A DNA stretch of 35,225 bases from Trichomonas gallinae. Taxonomy: Eukaryota. The notes under the pieces were generated by a model. It was given only the letters and a program-made list of their open reading frames with translations, searched no databases and was not told the origin of the DNA. Each line of letters opens with the position of its first letter. The stretch's first letter is position 1. The DNA is taken from assembly GCA_008369845.1 (NCBI GenBank), contig MRSU01004908.1:1-35225 (forward strand), in the 5' to 3' direction. Of this stretch, positions 9,516 to 19,476 are shown one piece after another. A program made the position numbers and the translations under genes.

Positions 9516-9935
9516 TTAATCAAAATGTAATTCTAATGGCCATGTTTCGACAGAACTCTTATCAGGGTTCTTATCATCCCTTTCTCCAAGATCATGAATT
9601 TTTCTCGCGCCTAATTCGATCATTTTCTGTTCTACATACTTAGAGAATACTAGGTAGTATGGTGCTCTCTTAGTAGATCCGCACCCAAAAACTGCGAATT
9701 GTATATCTTTGTAATAGCTTGGATCTGCTATAGTTTTAAATTCATCAAAGAAGTCGTTACATGTTTTCGGACCTTCTCCTTTACCGTAATTCGAAATAAC
9801 AAGTACCAATTTATCAAATTTTTGAAGATCGGCGGGTTTTGCGTCACAAAGTGATAATACCGGCATATGAAGAACTTCGCTGAAATGCTCTGCTACTGAT
9901 TTTGCTGTGCCTTTCTTTGTTGCATAACAAATCAT
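9516..9935 (-). CDS. Stand-alone short-chain flavodoxin
   Basis: YATKKGTAK phosphate loop, ISNYGKGEGP, FAVFGCGS...Y..F, LGA and GERDD are the classic flavodoxin / FMN-domain motifs. Confidence 0.92.
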   Translation of the reverse strand: MICYATKKGTAKSVAEHFSEVLHMPVLSLCDAKPADLQKFDKLVLVISNYGKGEGPKTCNDFFDEFKTIADPSYYKDIQFAVFGCGSTKRAPYYLVFSKYVEQKMIELGARKIHDLGERDDKNPDKSSVETWPLELHFD

Positions 9936-9939
9936 TTGT

Positions 9940-9972
9940 AAAAATGACTATTGAATTTATCTAAAAGTGACA
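9940..9972 (-). promoter_or_regulatory. Core promoter of flavodoxin: two Inr-like elements (TCACTTTT, TCATTTTT); the distal one overlaps AAAAGTGACA on the + strand
   Basis: The minus strand reads TGTCACTTTT (9972-9963) and TCATTTTT (9947-9940) just upstream of ATG 9935. These match the trichomonad Inr TCAYT/A and the AAAGTGAC core motif. Confidence 0.6.
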
Positions 9973-10913
9973 TACAAAAAATTGATGCAACTCATACAAT
10001 TTTTATTTTTTGTTAAGTAGTTTTTCACAAAAAATAAACAGTGATCGAAGATACTCCAAACATGGTATAACAGATTAATTCACTAAAATTAGGCAAAAAT
10101 TATAATTGGCTATTCCCAAAAGAACCTTATTTTATTTTGCCATGGAAATCGCACAAATAGACATTAAACATTTAAATATTTATATTTTAAACGGAGACTA
10201 CAGTATTTATCCAATTTACCACTATAAAAGTGACATAAAATAACAAGTGAAGTTGCCTATGATCTCCTTTTATTTTTCATTAATCAACTTCCTTTTGTTT
10301 ATCAGCTATTAATTACTTTATTTCGATGTATGTTGCAATTTAAACCCGAATTCTCGACTAAATAATCGAAAACAGAATATACTTCAAAATCAAATGCTTT
10401 TTATATAAAAATAGTAATGCATACAGTGTATCCATATTGTCATATGTAGTATTTCTTTCAAATACTTTGGTTTTATTTTTGAATAATATTTTTATGCAAT
10501 TAAAAGTTAATGGTCATTATTTTACATCAGTTTATACCATGTCTAATTTGATTTGATCCTTCATAGATAGAATTTCAAGTATTTGATTTTTTCAATCATT
10601 TTTCAAAATAAATCATAAACTCTATAAAAGAATAGCAATATGTATAATGCATACATATTGTATTGTGAAGTATTTCATCCAAACACTATATTTAATTTTT
10701 ATATAAAAATTTTTGGTAATAAAAAGTGAAAGGTCATCATTTTTGAATCAATTGATAAACTACTCAGTTTAATTTTTTCATTCATGCATGGAATTTCAAA
10801 TTTTTTATTTTAGAAATTTTGTTTTATTTCTTATTTGAATAATGATATAACAAAAAATTGCTTTTTACATATGTGAATAAAAATATGAAAAATATATGAC
10901 AAAATTATTAATA

Positions 10914-12236
10914 TTATTGTTCTACGGGTGAAAATGACCAAATCTTAACTGTCTTATCACCAGATCCTGTGCAGAACAGACTACGCTCTGGATTGAAATT
11001 AACAGCCATAATAGAATTCGAATGTGCTTTAATTGTATAAATCATTTCGCCGGATTGGAGGTCCGATAGCTTCGTAGTGAGGTCCTTAGATCCAGAGAGT
11101 AAGTATTTTCCAGTTTCGTCGACATCCAAAGAAACGATAATATCGGTATGTTTGTCTAAAGTCTTCCAGAGGTTAAGTTTGATGTTTCCATCAACCCACT
11201 CCATGTCCCATATCTTGATCTTTGAATCAAGCGATGATGTGATCAAGCGATTTGAATTTGGTACGAATTTGATGGCGTAAATAGCATCTGAATGGCACTG
11301 CTGCTTGCAAACAATTTTACGGGCTTCAACATCAAAGATCCAAACGTCATTCTGTGGAATATAGCTAACAGCAATTAATTTGTTGTCATTAAATATTGTG
11401 AGTGATGTAGCTTTAATCTGCGGGGATGTTGCTTCGCGTGGGAATTGGTGGATTTTTGCGTATGTATTTAAGTCGAATAATGTAAGAGAACCTTCGCCAG
11501 TTGCTGTTGCGAAGTATCTACCATCGCTCGAGCATTGGATGAAGAAGACGTCATCCTTAAATATGTCTATTGTTTTAATTGGCTGTGGAGCTGGTTGTGG
11601 GATTGGGCTTCCTTCTGATGGCGGTTCTGCATTTGTATCTACCTCGTAAATGCGGATTTTGGCATCCTCACTTCCGCAGAGCATTCTCTTGGAGTCTGGT
11701 GTCCAAGCTATTGTTCTGATATAGTTTGTTTCCTTGTTCGGAAGGCCTTCAACTTTAGGTTGTAAAATAAAGTTATCTTTATCGATGCTATAAACGCGGA
11801 TAAAGCTGTTAGAACCGATAGCGAGACAAGTTCCGTCTGGAGAAAATGTTGTGGAGCAAATAACTGAAACATCAACAATTTCGCAGTAAAGGACAATGTT
11901 AAGCTGGCAATTTTCTGCACCTGGGAGTGGCTGGATAGTGTATTCTTGATTTTCTTGCTCCTCCTGAGGTGGTGCTGGTTGTTCTATTGGCTGTGGAGCC
12001 TGTGGAGTCTCTGGAACTGCTCTTGGTCCGAACTCATCTTTACGCTGAATAAATTCAACTCTTAATTTCTCGAAATCTTGATTTAAAATTTGAATTTGTT
12101 GGATTTGACTGTCAATATATTCGCGCAACTTCGTGCAATCGTTTTCTAATTTAATTCGGTTCTCATTCAATTGGTCGTACTCCGCGCCAAGGGAGTTCAG
12201 GAGCTGGTGAATTTCATCTGAGCTCAAGAAACTCAT
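10914..12236 (-). CDS. Tup1-like transcriptional corepressor (N-terminal coiled-coil + 7 WD40 repeats)
   Basis: The N-terminal helix 'LLNSLGAEYD...YIDSQIQQIQIL' resembles Tup_N and is followed by a P/Q linker. WD1 SVICSTTFSPDGTCLAIGSN and WD2 YIRTIAWTPDSKRMLCGSEDAKIRIY parallel Tup1. The protein ends TGSGDKTVKIW. Confidence 0.85.
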   Translation of the reverse strand: MSFLSSDEIHQLLNSLGAEYDQLNENRIKLENDCTKLREYIDSQIQQIQILNQDFEKLRVEFIQRKDEFGPRAVPETPQAPQPIEQPAPPQEEQENQEYTIQPLPGAENCQLNIVLYCEIVDVSVICSTTFSPDGTCLAIGSNSFIRVYSIDKDNFILQPKVEGLPNKETNYIRTIAWTPDSKRMLCGSEDAKIRIYEVDTNAEPPSEGSPIPQPAPQPIKTIDIFKDDVFFIQCSSDGRYFATATGEGSLTLFDLNTYAKIHQFPREATSPQIKATSLTIFNDNKLIAVSYIPQNDVWIFDVEARKIVCKQQCHSDAIYAIKFVPNSNRLITSSLDSKIKIWDMEWVDGNIKLNLWKTLDKHTDIIVSLDVDETGKYLLSGSKDLTTKLSDLQSGEMIYTIKAHSNSIMAVNFNPERSLFCTGSGDKTVKIWSFSPVEQ

Positions 12237-12613
12237 TGAACCAAAAAAAATTATAGATGTGTCACGTTTATTATTATAATTTCATTTTCAAAAGCGTCCA
12301 ATTTTAGTTTATATCTGCTTATTACATCTCAATAGTCCTAAATAACTAATCTCGAAGTATTTTTTACCTTTAACAGGTTTTTGACAATTTACGTGGCAAA
12401 CATTTCCTGTTAATAATTTGTAAAACCTTATGAAGAACTTTTATTCGCTCAATTATTCTAAATTTAGCTATTGATTACTTCATTATTTGATACATATGCA
12501 TTTTAGTATCTGTAATAGTCCATAGTATATGATTTTCTACGAATGTTGAATGTTGTTTCTCGATAAAATGATTTGAAATCATATTGGTAAGGTTGAAAAA
12601 AAAATCATTAATT

Positions 12614-12737
12614 TGTCAATGTAAAATATTATTTGACAGTGTAATTTTTCTGTCATTGTAAATTTATTTTTGTAAACTTGTATTTGACATTGTAAAATAT
12701 ATTTCTGTCATTGTAAAGTATTTTTTGACAATGTAAA
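12614..12737 (+). repeat. Array of six TG[TA]CANTGTAA[AT] motifs (~20-bp phasing) immediately upstream of 12764
   Basis: Copies at 12614, 12634, 12651, 12685, 12706 and 12726, plus a half-site TGTAAA at 12671. Inr-like TCATTC follows at 12738. Confidence 0.8.
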
Positions 12738-12763
12738 TCATTCTATTTTGAAATTTTGCGAGA

Positions 12764-13822
12764 ATGAAATCTTCATCAACTTCAAGAGCGAAAAGCTCGA
12801 AAAATCAGCCTCAACTTGTTCTATCGAACCTTGCTGATGTTGTTCCGCAGGATTTTATTAAAGAATATAACAATTACTCGAATGAAGAATTAGAAGATTT
12901 GATAACTAAACTCAAAATCACTAATTCTAACAAAGCATTCATAAAAAATCAATATGAATTACAGAATGATGAATATTCACATAATTTGAAGCATCAAACA
13001 AAATGTTCATCTTTTTTAACTTCAGATATAAGCGCAATAAGAGCTAATTATAAAGCAATTACATCAAAATCATATGAAGATCGTATTAATACGGAAAATG
13101 AAAGACTTAAAGCAGATATTCAAGATTCTTTAAATAAATCCGTTACAACGTTCTCAAATTCTCTTCAAATTGCACAAAAACTAGGAGAGAGAAGCATCAT
13201 TGAGATGAGAAAAAACAAAATGAGCGCAGCATTACAAAATCAAAAATTAATTGAGCCTTTTCGAGCGCTTGATAGCAGTTCTAAATTTAACATTTCGGCT
13301 CTTTTAGAAAGACAAGAGTATTACAATAGACTAATTGCACTGAATGCAGAAAGAAATTTTGAATTAAAGAAAATTATTCAAGAAAATCAAGAGTTAAAGA
13401 TTAAACTACAACTGAAAAATCAAGAAAATGAGAAATATACACTTGCAAAGAAGGAATACAATGAAACTCTCCAAAAATACCAAAAAATTGAAACATTGAA
13501 ATATGAAAATCAAGAATTAGAAAATAAAATAGCTGAATATGAAAATAACAACGCTATTCGTAGTCAAAAACGTGATAGTGAAACAATAACGAGTTATCTT
13601 CAAATGACGCACTCTGCTCAAACTCAATGGGCTTCCCTTAATATTGAATCTGATCAGTCTGCGACAATTGAAGAATTGAAGCGAGAAAGAGACAGATATA
13701 AAAGAATTTTTAATGAAAAGAAATCAATCCTTAAGGAAGCGCAGCTTAAAATTGCAAAGGCTCTCGGTATCATTTACGATTGCTATGATGCAATTCAATC
13801 AAAACGAAATGATATTAATTAA
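12764..13822 (+). CDS. Hypothetical coiled-coil protein, 352 aa
   Basis: Long ORF rich in E/K/Q/N/L with heptad periodicity. Inr-like motif 26 bp upstream. Confidence 0.85.
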   Translation: MKSSSTSRAKSSKNQPQLVLSNLADVVPQDFIKEYNNYSNEELEDLITKLKITNSNKAFIKNQYELQNDEYSHNLKHQTKCSSFLTSDISAIRANYKAITSKSYEDRINTENERLKADIQDSLNKSVTTFSNSLQIAQKLGERSIIEMRKNKMSAALQNQKLIEPFRALDSSSKFNISALLERQEYYNRLIALNAERNFELKKIIQENQELKIKLQLKNQENEKYTLAKKEYNETLQKYQKIETLKYENQELENKIAEYENNNAIRSQKRDSETITSYLQMTHSAQTQWASLNIESDQSATIEELKRERDRYKRIFNEKKSILKEAQLKIAKALGIIYDCYDAIQSKRNDIN

Positions 13823-14118
13823 TTATTTTCACATTAAGTTTCATATACGATACTTTTGTTCATACTTGCAGTTACATCAAAACTTCAATAATTTAATCAT
13901 TCATTTATTTTTGTTTGTTTTATAAAGTATAATATTATGTAGAAATATATTGATATCTCCAATATTTTAATACTAATACACATCTGTTTATTATTATATT
14001 ATTCACAATTCGCAATAATTTTGAAGAAAAATTTAAATTATTTATGTCCCAGCACGGATTAGTTTGATTTATGAATGAATTTATGATGCTTAATTACATC
14101 AAAGAAAATAAAATATGT

Positions 14119-17100
14119 TTACTTCTTGAATCTGTTCAGTGTCTCAACAAACAACTCTCTTGCAAGGTGTGCGCTGAGCTTAGTTCCGCCCTTCATCTTC
14201 ATTGTATCGAAGAGAAGTTCTGTGTTGTATCCATGTCTTGCCTTGACTTCGACAAGTCCTTCCGTCTCGTCGCTGACCTTTGCGTTGACGAAAGCAACTT
14301 TGTCGGAGAATATGTTCTTATCCTTTGACTTGATTGTGAATGTTAAGCTGTCGATCAAGACAGTAACAGCATCACCGACAGAAAGCTGAGCATCGAATGA
14401 CGCGCGAGTTCTCCTCAAAGCTGTGGCGAGTTTCACGGTTGTTGGGTTCGGCTGTATGACGATTGGCTGAGTGTAAAATACTTCAGATGTGATTGGGTTC
14501 TCAAGAACAGGAGCGTTAACTGTAACTGTGACAGCAGCGCGAATAACTTGATCGTTTCCGTTTGTAAGATATGATGGAGAATCAGCAATGTCGATCCACT
14601 CGTTGTTGACTTGGCGCTGCCAGACGATGTGAGATTCTTCGGCTGGTGGGCCGCTGTGTGTGATGTCGCATGAGATTTCATCGCCAACGAAGAAAGTCTT
14701 TGCGTTGCTGTTTGTAACTTTGAATTGGACGTTTGTGACCTTTGGAGCAAACAATTCGCGTGTTTCCATCGACAAGAAAACGAGAGCCTTCTTTCCTTTC
14801 TCGCCGTTTGGTCCGATAGGTTGCAACCTGCAGAATGGCGGGTAGTCGAAATCATCTTCTGTGATTGCTCTTGTCGGGGCATCGATTTCTGTGTACTGCT
14901 CTTCCTCGTCGACGAAGTAGCCCCAGAGATACTCGATGTGGCCTGGAGCATTATCTGTTTCGATGACGCATGTGAAGTTCTCGTACTTCTCGTCTGGCTT
15001 GATTGCGGCAGCCTTGATGTCAATGACAGCAACTTCTGGTGGCTGCGGGACAACGACTTCCTTTGTTTCCATTGGCTTTCCTTGGTTGCCGTTGCTGTCT
15101 GTTGGAATTAATGTAGCTGTTATCCTCCAGTTCGCGAACTGAATGTGGTCGATTTCTATCCATGACCTGTTTGTCCTGGCGATCTCGACATAGTCGTTAG
15201 AGTCAGGACGCATGCCGCGCCAGACAATTGTGTGCTTGCCCTCGACGCCTCCAGTATATCCGTTCCACTGAAGGCCAATGTACTTTGTGGCACGGTTGTT
15301 CTTTGTGCGGCCGTCTTCGATGTTGAGCCAGAGGCTTTCGACTGTTGGTGAAAGAGCCAAGACTGCTGGGATTTGTGTTACGAAAACATCCTTTGTTGTT
15401 ACTCTGTCGATGACTCTTACAATGATTGGGTGGCCAATATCAGCGACAGTTGGCTTGAAAACGATGCCTTCCGCCAATAACTTTCCGTCAGACTCCCAGA
15501 GAATCCTCAACTTCTTTGTGAGCTGATTCGAGGCTCTGACAACAATTGATCCCTTCGGTGTCTTGTCTCCGTCAGCGGCAACAACAAGAGAATCTCCTTC
15601 GTGGATCTCTGTTGGGAATTGGAGTGTGAATGGCTCTTCTTGGTCAGCCAATATATCTGTTGGCTTGATTGCGATTGGCTCACTTGGTGTTGGCTGTCCT
15701 CGCTTTCCATCGAGAGAAACAGGTGTAACGATGGCCCTGAATGATGAGCCCTTGTCGTTAATGTTGACGTGGTATGTCTTTCCGAAGGCGACTGGTGTTT
15801 CCTTGCCCGATCTCTCGACTTTGTTCCACTGGACGACTGTTCTTCCCTCGAGGCGGCCGGAGTAGTTGTATGTGACAGAGACAATCGAAGAAGCTGGCTC
15901 GAAGTGCAACTGGATGTCTGTTGCTGTCGGATCGGCTGCTTCTATCTGTCCGAGAAGAGCAAAGTAGTCCTCTGTGAACAAAACAACTAAGCACTTGATG
16001 AAATCAGCGTTGGCAGTGAATGACTTTCCATGTCCTTGTTCGTGGATCTTGTCAGCTGCAACGATCGCCCAGTCGACTTCTTCTGGGACAACGACTGTCT
16101 CGCCTTCGTGGATGTTCATTGGCCTCTCGCTCTCTTCGTCTGAGAAAGTCATCATGATCTTTCCTTTCTTCGTTGTCTTCCTGTAGACGAGGAATTTCTC
16201 AGCGAGTGCTGGACTCTTTCCTTGCGCTTTGACTGTTGTGAATTCTGCAACGACTGCCTTGCCTATGCTGCCATCTGACCTGATTGGCGTCATCTTGCAC
16301 TTAACTGGCTTGCCGACATCTTCTGGAGTAGGAACAACAACTGGTCTTCCTCTTTCTCCCTGTCTGCCGATGTTCCACTCGTAGCGGCAGTTGCCCTGGA
16401 TACCACCTGTGTATGTTGCAACTGCGAAAAGTGGAGATCCGACTGTTCCTGATCCTGTGATTAACTGATCTGTGAACTTTGGAGCAGATGGTTGTACTCT
16501 TTCGCTTGATGTGAGCATAAGTGGTGGGCCACCACCTTCTGTTAAGCAAACTGCGCGAATAACACATCCAATATCATAAACAGTAAGCTTGTAAACGAGA
16601 TTGTCTGCATCGAGTGTGCATACATTCTTCCACTCGCCATGGTGAGCGGATCTGAGAATCCTGACGCCTTTGAATGTAGCTTTGGATCCGCGAGTTGAGA
16701 CCTCGAAGGAGATCTCATCGCCTTCGATCATCTGGCCCTGCATGCGGAGAGACTTGAAGCGGAATTCGCCTGGTCTAACAGGATTTGTGACTAATCTTGT
16801 TGTTGGGAGTCCAGGAGCTGGAGAAATATCACAAGCAATGATATTTCCGACATCCTTGGATGTAAGCGGTAAAACGAGGCAGCCTTTAGAGATGATTTCA
16901 TCATCTTCGAAATTGCGCCAAGTAATTTCTGAGCTCAATGAAGCTTTAACAGAAACGATGCCGCCTTCAACAGCATCTCCACAGAGTTCTGCGAAAATGT
17001 GGAAAGATTCGTCGAATTCTGGGATAATAATCGTTGTATTTGTAATTCCCTTAACTACGCATTTTAATGGCGAATTGCGGAATGTTGTAATAGACTGCTG

Positions 17101-17658
17101 GTTGTGGTCCAAATTCTTCCAGTTAAACGATTCATCGAGGATGCACCATGAATAAACATCTCCTTCAAGATTTACGGAGACAATCTGATCATTATCTTCG
17201 TCAACATGGAATGCGTTGTAATTGGCATCTGGGTAGCAGTATTGTAAAGCTTTCTCTAACGCTTCAGTGGCATCATCAGATATTTCTGGGTCCATTCCGT
17301 GGCGTAAAGCGTATGTAACGAGGCCAGAATAGCGGAAACTGTCTTCTAAATCCTCTGTTGTTACTGCTTCGCCGTTTAGGTTTGAGATGTAGAAACTGCG
17401 AAATGCAATTAAAGTAGCTCTCTTAGAAAACTGGACAGAGTTGCCTCTCATGTCGAGAATTCGAAGATTTGGATAGGATTTAAGACCGTTGAAGTTCTGA
17501 TACTGAGTATTTTGGAGTCTGAGAATTCTCGTGGACGTTAGAGTCGGAAGAGAAGCAAATGTAGACTCGTCTACTTCCTCCTGCTGTAGTTTCGTTGTCT
17601 TTCTAATAGGTGTAATTGATTTTCTCGTTGGTGTTTTATTTGGAGTTTTTCTCTCCAT
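14119..17658 (-). CDS. AIR9: AIR9-like microtubule-associated protein (basic N-terminus, short LRR region, multiple A9/Ig-like repeats)
   Basis: Basic TP-rich N-terminus and LRR-like LRILDMRGN. Repeated A9 signatures: YTGGIQGNCRYEW...TPEDVGKPVKCKMTPIRSDG, YSGRLEGRTVVQW...DKGSSFRAIVTPVSLDG and YTGGVEGKHTIVW. Confidence 0.85.
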   Translation of the reverse strand: MERKTPNKTPTRKSITPIRKTTKLQQEEVDESTFASLPTLTSTRILRLQNTQYQNFNGLKSYPNLRILDMRGNSVQFSKRATLIAFRSFYISNLNGEAVTTEDLEDSFRYSGLVTYALRHGMDPEISDDATEALEKALQYCYPDANYNAFHVDEDNDQIVSVNLEGDVYSWCILDESFNWKNLDHNQQSITTFRNSPLKCVVKGITNTTIIIPEFDESFHIFAELCGDAVEGGIVSVKASLSSEITWRNFEDDEIISKGCLVLPLTSKDVGNIIACDISPAPGLPTTRLVTNPVRPGEFRFKSLRMQGQMIEGDEISFEVSTRGSKATFKGVRILRSAHHGEWKNVCTLDADNLVYKLTVYDIGCVIRAVCLTEGGGPPLMLTSSERVQPSAPKFTDQLITGSGTVGSPLFAVATYTGGIQGNCRYEWNIGRQGERGRPVVVPTPEDVGKPVKCKMTPIRSDGSIGKAVVAEFTTVKAQGKSPALAEKFLVYRKTTKKGKIMMTFSDEESERPMNIHEGETVVVPEEVDWAIVAADKIHEQGHGKSFTANADFIKCLVVLFTEDYFALLGQIEAADPTATDIQLHFEPASSIVSVTYNYSGRLEGRTVVQWNKVERSGKETPVAFGKTYHVNINDKGSSFRAIVTPVSLDGKRGQPTPSEPIAIKPTDILADQEEPFTLQFPTEIHEGDSLVVAADGDKTPKGSIVVRASNQLTKKLRILWESDGKLLAEGIVFKPTVADIGHPIIVRVIDRVTTKDVFVTQIPAVLALSPTVESLWLNIEDGRTKNNRATKYIGLQWNGYTGGVEGKHTIVWRGMRPDSNDYVEIARTNRSWIEIDHIQFANWRITATLIPTDSNGNQGKPMETKEVVVPQPPEVAVIDIKAAAIKPDEKYENFTCVIETDNAPGHIEYLWGYFVDEEEQYTEIDAPTRAITEDDFDYPPFCRLQPIGPNGEKGKKALVFLSMETRELFAPKVTNVQFKVTNSNAKTFFVGDEISCDITHSGPPAEESHIVWQRQVNNEWIDIADSPSYLTNGNDQVIRAAVTVTVNAPVLENPITSEVFYTQPIVIQPNPTTVKLATALRRTRASFDAQLSVGDAVTVLIDSLTFTIKSKDKNIFSDKVAFVNAKVSDETEGLVEVKARHGYNTELLFDTMKMKGGTKLSAHLARELFVETLNRFKK

Positions 17659-17687
17659 AAATTTTTTTGAAAATTATAAACTTCCCG

Positions 17688-17697
17688 AAAAGTGACA
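17688..17697 (-). promoter_or_regulatory. Inr / AAAAGTGACA core-promoter motif of the AIR9-like gene
   Basis: TGTCACTTTT on the minus strand 30 bp upstream of ATG 17658. The identical 10-mer also occurs at 9963, 10226 and (reverse) 23608. Confidence 0.55.
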
Positions 17698-17935
17698 ATT
17701 TTATTTTTCATTTTCACTTTTTTGCGTTAAAAAATAAATATTCATGCAAAAATATTTTATATTTCAAGTGATGAAGCAGTAAATAATACAATATTCACAT
17801 CAAAATCAAATATTATTTTTTCAAATTTGAATTCAACAAAGAAACAGATTTAAACAAAACATCAAGAGATTGATGAAATATTTCGATATTTAGTCTATGA
17901 TACTTCAATCATTCTGAACAATTGCTGACTTCATT

Positions 17936-18580
17936 ATGGAATTCGATAGAAACAACTATAAAATCTCGAAAATTTATAAAATCGTCCCTAATTATGATTT
18001 TGTGCTATTTTGTCTCAAAACTCAGCAAATTGATGTTAATAAAACTCTAGTCGTAGCTTCAAAATTTGGTTATCATGAAATTGTCAGACTCCTTCTCACA
18101 GTTCCCGGAATAGATGTCAACGCAAAAAACGATTATAACAGTAAGGCTTTGATTGATGCTTCATTTTATGGTCATCATGAAGTTGTCAAACTCCTTCTCA
18201 CAGTTCCTGGAATAGATATAAACACAAAAAATGGTAATAACAATATAGCTTTGATTTGGGCTTCAAGAAGAGGTTATCCTGAAGTTGTAAGACTCCTTCT
18301 CACATCTCCTGGAATAGTAGTCAACACAAAAGACAAAGAAAATAAAACAGCTTTGATTTGGGCTTCATTTTATGGTTATCCTGAAGTTGTCAGACTCCTT
18401 CTCACAGTTCCTGGAATAGATGTCAACGCAATAGACAATCATGGTGATACAGCGTTGGGTTTGGCTTATCAAAATAATCATCTCATAATTTTCAAATTAG
18501 GAAAATTATATGGCCTGAAATTAATTATTTTTGTTCCTATCATTGTGATATTAGGTGTATCTTGCAAACTAGTTAAATAA
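17936..18580 (+). CDS. Ankyrin-repeat protein (34-aa repeats, VPGIDVN type), possibly degenerate at both ends
   Basis: About four repeats of ALIWAS..GYPEVVRLLLTVPGIDVN. The nucleotide period is exactly 102 bp (gctttgatt at 18146, 18248, 18350). The last repeat runs into unrelated hydrophobic sequence. Confidence 0.85.
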   Translation: MEFDRNNYKISKIYKIVPNYDFVLFCLKTQQIDVNKTLVVASKFGYHEIVRLLLTVPGIDVNAKNDYNSKALIDASFYGHHEVVKLLLTVPGIDINTKNGNNNIALIWASRRGYPEVVRLLLTSPGIVVNTKDKENKTALIWASFYGYPEVVRLLLTVPGIDVNAIDNHGDTALGLAYQNNHLIIFKLGKLYGLKLIIFVPIIVILGVSCKLVK

Positions 18581-19476
18581 CCCTGTCAATTTTGATGGTG
18601 TTATTTTATGCATCTTTTTTTTTTATAGAGAAAACTGAGGGAAACAGATAAACATGTTGTCTTTTTCACTGCGGAATTTTATATTTTCTAGATGTATTTG
18701 CTATTATTATAGTTATAGAACGTAAAATAAGCTGTTAAACATGCAGATAAATAGCCAATAAAATCGGATTTCATCATCATTAAATAAAAAATTGATTTGT
18801 TTTGTTCATATCTATTTTCTTTGATTAAACCGTCTGAATATATTCTCAAGGCCCGATCAAATCCATAGAAAGTTGACCCAGACAGTGATAATGGTAGCTT
18901 AATGGGTTTGTGAAAATGCTGTCTTCGATGGTTTGAAAAGGGGCGTCTTTGAATAGTTTACATTTTTTACATGTTTTTTTTTTTCTAATTAATTAATAAA
19001 TATGGTTATTTATGGCATAGATATATCAGCATGAGTTTTATAGACACTTGAACACATGATTGCATTGTACTTTGGGAAAAGTCTCGAAATCGACCCAAAG
19101 AACAACCATATATCTTAAATCATGATTGCAATCTTCAATTATATGGGGCAGTTTACCAAGATTTGATATTTGTCATTAGAAAACGAAGAAAAATATTTTT
19201 TGACAAATAAATTGTGTTTTGACATTGTAAATTAAAAATTTGACTTTGCAATTTCAAAATTGAAATAAAAAAGTTTTCAAATTGATATTTATAGTTAAAC
19301 ATGTTTTGCTCAAAAGTTTGAGAAAATTTACCGAAAATTTTGAAGTCGATTGTTTTCGTTTAATATGCTAGTGTATCATGTGTGGAGTCCAATGATAATA
19401 AAATTAAAAATAAAACTGCTTCAGATAAAGTTTTCAAACATTTTATAATCAAACTTTTTTCGTTTTTTTATTATAG

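Noticed and set aside
12614..12737. CRISPR-like appearance of repeat-spacer arrays (also 23638-23725)
   Set aside because: Repeats are only ~12 bp with short, low-complexity T-rich spacers. There are no cas genes and the locus is eukaryotic.
14071..17155. Many overlapping antisense and alternate-frame ORFs (61-206 aa) inside the AIR9-like gene
   Set aside because: Shadow ORFs expected from the higher GC and codon bias of the main gene. Many lack ATG starts and none has a recognisable motif.
18840..18960. Moderately GC-rich intergenic patch considered as a snoRNA/ncRNA (also 4870-5115)
   Set aside because: No complete C/D or H/ACA box arrangement or tRNA fold could be supported by eye. An Infernal/Rfam scan would be needed.
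18498..19120. Possible inserted element interrupting the last ankyrin repeat
   Set aside because: The repeat does break near 18500, but no convincing terminal inverted repeat pair or target-site duplication was found.
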